A stretch of 64,000 bases of DNA from Octopus vulgaris (Eukaryota): contig OX597827.1 in assembly GCA_951406725.2 (NCBI GenBank), forward strand, positions 71,238,001 to 71,302,000, in the 5' to 3' direction. Each line of letters starts with the position of its first letter. Within the stretch, counting starts at the first letter, position 1. Shown one piece after another: positions 54,979-64,000 of this stretch. Position numbers and translations under genes: made by a program. The notes under the pieces were generated by a model, which was not told the DNA's origin, did not search any database, and worked only from the letters and a program-made list of their open reading frames with translations.

Positions 54979-56209
54979 AACTCTGTCAAATGTAATGCTT
55001 ATTTATCCACACTGTTTTTAATTAATCATACATTATTTCATAGCTTTGAGGTTTTGAAGCAACACTGTAGATGCCAAACTTGACCAGTTTGAACATAAAA
55101 CAGGTGGAAAATATTGGGCCGGATATTGCAGGTTTAAATGCTAAAGGATTAAACTAATCATCATCATCATCATCATCGTTTAGCGTCCGCTTTCCATGCT
55201 AGCATGGGTTGGACGGTGCAACTGGGGTCTTGGAAGCCAGAAGGCTGCACCAGGCCCAGTCTGATCTGGCAATGTTTCTACAGCTGGATGCCCTTCCTAA
55301 CGCCAACCACTCCGTGAGTGTAGTGGGTGCTTTTTACATGCCACCGACACAGGTGCCAGACGAGGCTGGCAAACGGCCACGATCGGATGGTGCTTTTTAC
55401 GTGTCACCGGCACGAGGCCAATCGGGGTGGTGCTGGCAACGGCCACATTTGGATGGTTCTCTGACGTACCACCGGCACTGGTATCACAGCTGCAATTTCG
55501 ATTTTTTGATTTTCACTTGCCTCAACAGGTCTTCACAAGTAGAGTTTTGTGTCCCAAGAAGGAAAGGTATGCATAAGTGGACTGGCTACATCCCATGTAG
55601 AGGCCACGGGTTATGGTCTCACTTGTCCTGCCGGGTCTTCTGATGCACAGCACATTTGTTAAAACTTATTCCACCTATGTAGTCTACATTTTGCACTCAT
55701 TCCCTCATACATACATACACACACAGACACACATAGATATCTGTGCAATTGGCTTCTTGCAGTTTCTTTTCACCAAATCCATTCACAAGGCTTTGGTTGG
55801 TCTAAGGTTATAGCAGAAGACACCTGCCCAATGTGCAGTGCAATGGGACTGAACTCAAAACCACATTGTTACGAAGCAGACTTCTTAACCACACAGCCAC
55901 AACTGCACCTGGAATAGTAATCTGTGCAGCACAGTTGGGGCAAGATACAACAGCTTTAAATCATCAACACTATACTTGTATTGCGAAGAGGTAAACAGTT
56001 TTGAATAATGTTGAAGTCAACCAAACAAAAGGAAAGAAGACAAATTTAGAATTTTTTGCTGAAAGAATTGACCCCAGTACTTTTTTTTTTTTTAAGTCTG
56101 GCACTTCTATCAGTTTCCATTTACCAGAAGTTACAAGGATATAAACAAACCAACACCAGTTGTCAAGCGTTGATGGAGGGACAGACGCAAAGACACACAA
56201 GTCTGTGTG

Positions 56210-56254
<45 letters not shown>

Positions 56255-56793
56255 AGACGCATGGCTTAGTGGTTAGGGTGTTAGCACCATGATCATAACA
56301 TTGTGGTTTCAATTCCTGGACCAGGCGACGCGTAGTGTTCTTGAGCAAAACACTTCATTTTACGTTGCTCCAGTCCACTCAGCTGGCAAAAATGAGTAAC
56401 GCTGCGATGGACTGGCGTCCCGTCCAGCTGGGGAATACATACGCCATAGAAACCAGGAAACCGGGCCCATGAGCCTGGCTAGGCCTTAAGGGCGCATTTA
56501 TTTATATATATATAAGGCAGGCTTCTTTCAGTTTCTGTCTTCCAAATCCACTCACAAGGTTTTAGTCAGCCTGAGGCTGTGTTAAAAGACACTTGCCCAA
56601 GGTGCCATGCAGTGGGACTGAACCCGGAAACATGTGGTTGGGAACCAAATTTCTTACCACACAGTCCAACTATGCCTATGGTTATCTTTTTTAACAAGCT
56701 GCAATTAATTAACGAAGAGGCAGAGGATGACAATGATAGTAACGAACACGCAAGAGAAAAATAGAAGAGCAAATGAGAATTGTAACAACATAC

Positions 56794-56877
56794 CACAGAG
56801 CAGGCAACAGTTCTTCCATTGTCTCGAAGACATTCGGATAACTGCATCACCTCGTGCATAACCTGCTGCAAGTTTTC
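56794..56877 (-). CDS. SLF2: SLF2/FAM178-family exon
   Basis: Acceptor tttccatcatcAG, donor GTG|GTATGT, 84 nt, phase 0->0: ENLQQVMHEVMQLSECLRDNGRTVACSV (compare recalled ...DIREDARLFYRTK). Confidence 0.8.
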
Positions 56878-58573
56878 CTGATGATGGAAACACATGAAAG
56901 AAAAAGAAAGAGAGAGATGGAAGTAAGTATCATTCAAATATTATTACAGGAAAAGCTCGGGGTTATTTTGGGTCTTGTGTTTAAGCTTGACTCATGACTC
57001 TTGAGCTTCGAAGAAAGGTCGTGCAGAAGGAGGAGGACAGAAACGCGATCAACAGGTGAGATTAGCACTAGAAAGAGCTAATCTCAGACCAGAGAAGTGT
57101 GTGTGTGTGTATATGCGTTGGTGTTAATATTTTGTTATTTTTCCTTGATCAGGCGATCTACCAATGCAAAGCAGTCAATGTTGTTGACTGCATTTTACAT
57201 AAAGCTGTAGCTTTATGTAATTTGTTCAGAGTTGCCTCTCGTAAGTATCTCCCATTGATAAAAGCCAACTAGCTTGGAACATTGATGTCTGTGATTCCTG
57301 AGAGATGGCGACACTGAACAAATAGGGTGCTTTCACACCTTTTTACCATAAGAGAAATATTTTCTCTATGGTAACTACAATGAATTTGCCTTTTAGCAGT
57401 TGAAATACGTCACAAACATATTTTAACTAAGCTAAACTTTGCATATATATATACATATATAATATGGAGAAAATACTTCGAAATATATCATTGACTCTAT
57501 TATTATCTAGTGTAACAACAACAACAATAATAATAATAATAAGAGAGTCAATGATATCTTCACAAATATTTTCTCCTGAATTATTTGCTCCATATTGAAA
57601 TTATTCTCACACTGGTGGCTGCCATGATTTTGGTGCAAAACAAATCAGTTGCAGCGCAGACTTCAACATGACGGTTTGGGGCTCTCCATCATGGCAATGC
57701 GTGCTGAGGAAGTTGAGGCTATAATGCCAGTCCACTTGAGTCCAAATACTTGAATTATGCTGAAAGAATGTCTTAGCCCATTTGCCTTCGGACGGTTGAT
57801 TTCTGTAGTTATTCATTATCAGTGTATTTTGGTGATTTAAGTAAGAGTTTTGGCTGTTATTTCCAGCAGGTAGTCATACTTAGTATGTCCTCTGATTAAT
57901 ATATATACCATATACTTAACGACATGCATTAGAAACTATTCTCCTTATCCAGCAACAAACAGTGCACATGTTGATGACCTTCCCCTCTGATAAACATCAT
58001 GGGCATATAGAAGGAAGGCCAGCATGCATAGGTAACTGCTAGTCTCCCTAACAAAAAAAAAGACTTGCCTAAGCCCTGTGTATGAGAAGCAGCATGGTTA
58101 AACTTGACAGATGAAAGCCCTTTATTGGTAGTCTTTTACTTGTTTCAGTCATTTGACTGTGGCCATGCAGGAGCACCACCTTTAGTCGAGCAAATCAACC
58201 CCAGGACTTACTCTTTGTAAGCCTAGTACTTATTCTATCTGTCTCTTTTGCTGAACTGCTAAGTTACGGGGACATAAACACACCAGGATTGGTTGTCAAA
58301 CGATGTTGCGGGGGTAAACACAGACACACAAACACACATATATCATCATCATTATCATCGTTTAACATCCGTTCTCCATGCTAGCATGGGTGATGGTTCA
58401 ACCGGGGATCTGGGACACACACACACACACATGCCCTTCCTAACGGCACCACTCCGTGAGTGTAGTGGGTGCTTTATACGTGCCACCGGCACAGGTGCAG
58501 GCGAGGCTGGCACAGCCACGGTCGGATTGGTGCTTTTACGTGCCACTGGCACTGGCATCGGCCACAATTCGAG

Positions 58574-58611
<38 letters not shown>

Positions 58612-59021
58612 GACGGGCTTCTTTCAGTTTCCATCTACCAAATCCACTCACAAGGTTTTGGTCAGCCTGAGGCTATAGTAGAAGACACTTGCCCAAGGTG
58701 CCACGCAGTGGGAATGAACCCGGAACCATGTGGCTGGTAAGCAAGCTACTTACCACACAGCCACTACTAATGCTTCAGCATAGCCTCAGGTCAACGGCAA
58801 AAAGCAGAGAAAGAATACATGTTTTGGTCTTTAATCACAATTTCATTCACATCTCAGATACTTTGCAGGAAAAGTAAATCAACTGCAGGACTGGATTTGT
58901 ACTTTATTTTATTGACGACAGAAGGATAAAAAAACAAAGTTGACTTCAACAGGATTTGAACTCAAAACTTATCCTGTCAATCTGCCAGCTAAGGACGAGA
59001 ATAAATGAAGGATAAGCTTAC

Positions 59022-59150
59022 CCGGTCAGATTTCTGAAAGGAGCTTCCACCAACTGCAATACTGAGTAAGTCGACGCTTACAGAGAGGGTGCTGAGCTTT
59101 TGCTGGGCAAATGATTTCAGGTGAGGAAACAGACAAAATAATTGAGAAAT
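59022..59150 (-). CDS. SLF2: SLF2/FAM178-family exon
   Basis: Acceptor attcccacAG, donor CGG|GTAAGC, 129 nt, phase 0->0: ISQLFCLFPHLKSFAQQKLSTLSVSVDLLSIAVGGSSFQKSDR. An in-frame internal acceptor (exon start 59102) is also possible. Confidence 0.75.
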
Positions 59151-60620
59151 CTGTGGGAATTATAGAAATAGTTTGATGAAATTAATACAAAAACAACAAC
59201 AAATATTTTCACAATCAACCACTCAACAACACATTACAAATCGCACAACACATTCTCTGGGCAATCACCACCAAACAACATATCACAAACCAGAAGATGG
59301 AAGAAGTGGCTGTGTAACATGATCCAGCGGTCATGCAAAAAGCTAGGCTTCAAGAAAACGAAGAGGAGGGATGGGGCAAGCCGAACAAAGGAAAAGGTGG
59401 TTAGACAATATTAAGGAATAAACAGGCAGATCACAGGTGGAGACCTCAAGCTGTGGCATTTGACTGCAACAGATACACAAAAAAAAAATCTGGCATACAG
59501 TATGTTATGAATGTCTCTGTGACTCCACTGCAAACTGAAGGCCTCAAACTAAGCTAAGCCTAGCCAGTGTGTATCTGTGCGAATGTGCATGAGTGTGCAC
59601 ATGTGCAAGCATGTGTACATACATCAAGTGTAGAAAATATGCATACAAAGCAGATTGGTTCTTTTTTTTTTTAAATCCACTTTTCCACACTTGCCTAGGT
59701 TGTAGAGAGTTGATTGACGCAGATTTTCTACTGCCAAACACCCTTATCGCCAATGCTCAGCTGTTTCGAAGCAAGCTTATATTTCCTCATGGCCAACAGA
59801 AATGTTGTTTTTTTTGCAGAATACTGATAATGAATGACACCACTTGTATGACAGTGACATTCATTTACAACAACCATGTGATGTCAAGACAAGGAGACAC
59901 AAGCACACACACACACATGCTTCTTTCAGCATCTGTCTATGAAATCGATTCACAAGGTTTTAGCTATAGTTGAAGACACTTGCCCAAGGTGACACAGAAT
60001 GGGACTGAACCTGAAGTGGTCAGCCGGCAGAAACGTTAGCGCCCCAGGCGAAATGCTTAGCGGTATTTCGTCTGCAGCTACGTTCTGAGTTAAAATTCCG
60101 CCGAGGTCGACTTTGCCTTTCATCCTTTCAGGGGTCGATTAAATAAGTACCAGTTACGCACTGGGGTCAATATAATCGACTTAATCCGTTTGTCCTCTCT
60201 GTGTTTAACCCCTTGTGGGTAGTAAAGAAATAGGTATTTCGTCTGCTGCTACATTCTGAGTCCAAATTCCGCTGAGGTTGACTTTGGTTTTCATCCTTTC
60301 GGGGTCGATTAAATAAGTACCAGTTACGCACAGAGGTCGATATAATCAACTTAATCCGTTTGTTTGTCCTCTCTGTGTTTAGCCCCTTGTGGGTAGTAGA
60401 GAAACAGGGACTGAACCTGAAGCTGTATGGTTGGGGAGTACACTTTTTAACCAGTCAGACACACTTCATATAAACACAAATGGTTCTTCATCTTGTCTAG
60501 AATTACACCAGTTCAAAGCAACATTTATTGACTCACAGATACAGTGCACACAATCACCTCACACACACTCTCTCTCTCTCTTTGATAAAATAATAGTTTA
60601 TAAAATAACAGAATGCTTAC

Positions 60621-60800
60621 ATTAACATCTTCTTTGCTGACAGTGGATATATCCTGTTCAGTGATCACATACAGCTGTAGTGTGGCCAGTCTCTGCCTGA
60701 GTTCAACACTCTGTTGACAGTGTGGTAAGGTCTGTGTGAGGAAGAGCATGTTATGGGGGTCCCTGGTCAATGTGGTCAGGTCAATGGACAGATTGATGGC
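60621..60800 (-). CDS. SLF2: SLF2/FAM178-family exon
   Basis: Acceptor ttttccAG, donor AAT|GTAAGC, 180 nt, phase 0->0: AINLSIDLTTLTRDPHNMLFLTQTLPHCQQSVELRQRLATLQLYVITEQDISTVSKEDVN. Matches the recalled FAM178 motif HNLLWLVQLVP...RQLRQCLSL. Confidence 0.85.
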
Positions 60801-61725
60801 CTGGAAAATATCATAAACAATAGCAGGGCTTCATCTCTGAGATTACAACAACAGCAACAACTAACTACAAGACTACCCTCCGCATCCCTACCACTTTGTA
60901 GAATAGGGGTTGTTGGTAAACTCCATATACCATTGACCCCTTTACGGAATCAGTGATAATACCGGTCAGATGGAGTTTCTCTTGACAACTTTCACCTGTT
61001 TCCAAGCAAGGTAATATTTCCCTCTGGCCAGATATATTCTCATAGATATTGAGATACTGAAAAGGAATGACACTGCTTGTTGGACAAGGACAATCGTTTT
61101 ACAACTGTCACACAATGTCAAGGAGGCACTAACACACACACACACACACATATCATCATCATTATCATCATCATTTAGCGTCCGTTTTCCATGCTAGCAT
61201 GGGTTGGACGGTTCAGCTGGGGTCTGTGAAGCCAGAAGGCTGCATCAGGCCCAGTCTGATCTGGCAGTGTTTCTACGGCTGGATGCCCTTCCTAACGCCA
61301 ACCACTCCACGAGTGTAGTGGGTGCTTTTTACATGCCACCCGCACAGGCGCCAGACGGTGCTGGCAAACGGCCACGAACGGATAGTGCTTTTATGTGCCA
61401 CCGGCACGGAGGCCAGTCGGGGCGGCGCTGGCAACGGCCACGAACGGATGGTGCTTTTTATGTATATATATATACACACACATACACACAGACATACCAC
61501 CACCCTACTGACTCCATCGTAAACAGCCATCTTGTAGAACTGGAGAAATATTTGACAGGAGAGATCATAGGAAACTTTGGTAAAAATCATAATTGCTGTG
61601 TAGAGTGAAGAATCTGAAGATTCAGGGCCCTTGTCACTAAGACGGAAGAAAAGAGGAAAACAGTGTTGTCACATGCATTATAAGCAATTAAATAATTGTA
61701 TGCATAAACATACATACACACTTAC

Positions 61726-61804
61726 CGTTTGTGGCCATTCTTCAGCTGAAAATTTCTGGATGATTCTTGAGAGAACAGCTTGCAAATTCTTGACCAGTGG
61801 ATCC
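61726..61804 (-). CDS. SLF2: SLF2/FAM178-family exon
   Basis: Acceptor ttttcatttacaaAG (AAG, weaker), donor ACG|GTAAGT, 79 nt, phase 2->0: DPLVKNLQAVLSRIIQKFSAEEWPQT. Confidence 0.75.
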
Positions 61805-62246
61805 CTTTGTAAATGAAAAGAATATATACATATATATATATATATCACTTTTACACTTTTACTTGTTTCAGTCATTTGACTGTGGCCATGCTGGAGCACT
61901 GCCTTTAGTCCAGCAAATCGACTCCAGGACTTATTCTTTGGAAGCATAGTACTTATTCTATCGGTCTCTTTTGTCGAACTGCAAAGTTACGGGGACGTAA
62001 ACACACCACCATCAGTTGTCAAGCGATGTTGGTGAGACAAACACAAACCCACAAACATATACACACATATATATACATATACATATATACGACGGGCTTC
62101 TTTCAGTTTCCGTCTACCAAATCCACTCACAAGGCTTTGGTCGGCCCGAGGCTATAGTAGAAGACACTTGCCCAAGGTGCCATGCAGTGGGACTGAACCC
62201 GGAACCATGTGGTTAGTAAGCAAGCTACTTACCACACAGCCACCCC

Positions 62247-62288
<42 letters not shown>

Positions 62289-62377
62289 AATACAGACTGA
62301 TTTGATGAGGAGAGTAGAATGGAGGAGGGGGGAGGAACTAAACAACAAAGAAAGGGAGAAAGAACATTGTCACTTAC

Positions 62378-62455
62378 GTAGCAATATGAATATCCAACCG
62401 GACTTTGCACAACATTAAAAACAAGGCAGAGAGCTGGTCTGTTGTATAATTTGGT
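62378..62455 (-). CDS. SLF2: SLF2/FAM178-family exon
   Basis: Acceptor tttcatttcacAG, donor TAC|GTAAGT, 78 nt, phase 2->2: PNYTTDQLSALFLMLCKVRLDIHIA(T). Resembles recalled SLF2 segment [22 protein letters not shown]. Confidence 0.8.
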
Positions 62456-63353
62456 CTGTGAAATGAAAGAAAAGATTAGATTAGAAGACAAGTAGAAGGA
62501 GAAAAGAAAAAAAAAAACCCAACAACATTTCCAACCATGGTTCCAAAATATCTGTAGCATCACAAGTAGTGTGCAGATCATACAAGGTGAGGTGATACTC
62601 CCTGAAGGAGGGCATCAAAATCATTTTAGCAGATTATTATTTTGCTATGAACCATCCTCACCTTTCACATTCTCATGAGAAACAAAATATAAGGTGTGAA
62701 TTCAAATCGAGTCAAAGTGTGACAAACTGACAATAATATATATATATATATATATTATTTAATAAACAATACATGTATTTATGTGATACTATTAGTTTCA
62801 TGAGAGCATGCCAAATTGTTCTTAAAACGTTTGTGTCTGATGATTGTGCTAAGACACCAGATATGTTAAAAACACTGTCTGGCATGTTTCCAGCACATGA
62901 AACTAATAGTAGCAAATACATACACATATTGTGTTTATTAAATAATATTTATCTCTCACCAGATGGAGTACTTTTCAAGGAACAGTGCATTATATATATA
63001 TATATATATATATGTATGTTCTTATATTTAGTTATGGTGGAACAAAACAGAAAGCAGGTCACTGCTGTGAGCAGATGAGGAGTTGAGGAATGTAAATATT
63101 ACTGGAGATAAGAAGCAATTGAAATGCTGTGGCCTGATTGGTTGGTAAGGAAAACTTGTCACATGATTAATCAAATCTTAGCTGGTTAATGACTATTACA
63201 GCACATTCATAAAAAAAATATCAAATATAAATGTTTTTCAGGTTAAGAAGATTATCATCAACTGTGTTCTGATTGGTCAGTTACACAGAGCGATTGTCAT
63301 GGAATTATAATTTATATTTGCAACAACAAATACTGTGATTAGTACTCACTCAC

Positions 63354-63572
63354 CTTGAGTCAAGGACAAAGCTTAACACGGAAAGGACGTAAACCAAACC
63401 AGTGCTGTTAAACTGTGCTTTATCATCAGATTTCCTGAGTTTCGGGGCCGATGCAGAATCTTGTGACACTTTAAGCTGCACAGAATCATCATTGCTGGGA
63501 GATGATGCTGTGGTGCTTGATTTGTCTTGCTTCGTTTGCTTACAATTTGTGTTGATGGGTTTTTGCAGAGCC
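63354..63572 (-). CDS. SLF2: SLF2/FAM178-family gene, internal exon (upstream exons lie beyond the window)
   Basis: Acceptor tctcctcctcAG, donor AAG|GTGAGT, 219 nt, phase 2->2, open: ALQKPINTNCKQ...AQFNSTGLVYVLSVLSFVLDS(R). Confidence 0.75.
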
Positions 63573-64000
63573 CTGAGGAGGAGAAATACAACCTTAACCC
63601 TTTAGTGTTCAGATTACTCTGTTAAATGTAATACATTCTCACTCAAATTGTTTTGAATTAATCATGCATTATCTTATAGTTTTGAGGTTTCAATGATGTG
63701 ATTGTTTATTTTTAGAATGTCAATGTAGGTTAGGTGTGAGATGCCAGATCTAGCCAGTTTGAATATAAAACATAGAATATTTGGGCCAGATATAGCCAGT
63801 TTAAACACTAAAGGGTTGATTTATAAAACAAGTAAGGTCAGATTATGCCAGATCTTAATTGTTATTCATCTGTAATATGTAAACCAAACTAGGACAATGC
63901 GTTATATGGTCAGAGGCTAAGCTGTACTTTACCCACTGGGTGAAAAAGGGTGTACGAGTACCATCATCATCATCATTTAATGTTCATTTTCCTATGTTCA

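Noticed and set aside
53810-56877. Alternative frame for the last three SLF2 exons (GKLAAGY.../GEKQAGD.../EKSICMDPH...*)
   Set aside because: Open, but it conflicts with the phase-0 upstream donor and lacks FAM178 similarity.
62520-62611. Extra SLF2 exon after a ccttcAG acceptor
   Set aside because: No good donor, and the flanking exons already join in phase with continuous homology.

Overview
AT-rich, repeat-dense eukaryotic DNA, most likely an octopus (inferred from tRNA-derived SINE families and dense microsatellites). The only well-supported protein gene is the 3' part of a minus-strand SLF2/FAM178-family gene (SMC5/6 localisation factor). I reconstructed eight GT-AG exons between 63572 and 53689 with consistent phases; the protein ends in an acidic tail with a DAXX-like SUMO-interacting motif. 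The rest is mostly mobile DNA: SINEs, piggyBac- and mariner-type MITEs, a full-length but decayed pogo/Passer DD35D transposon, two Penelope-like (PLE) relics, L1/Tx1, RTE, CR1, R4/Dong, Gypsy and MULE fragments, and a ~4 kb 102-bp satellite. A CpG-retaining block (~12.8-21 kb) may hold promoters. The main novelties are a complete hammerhead ribozyme at 16417-16509, a fold-back element with tRNA-like heads and PLE-type hammerhead tails (25055-25528, also ~5000-5645), the SLF2 SIM tail, and a minisatellite inverted repeat downstream of the SLF2 stop. Family assignments rely on recalled motifs; no database searches were run.
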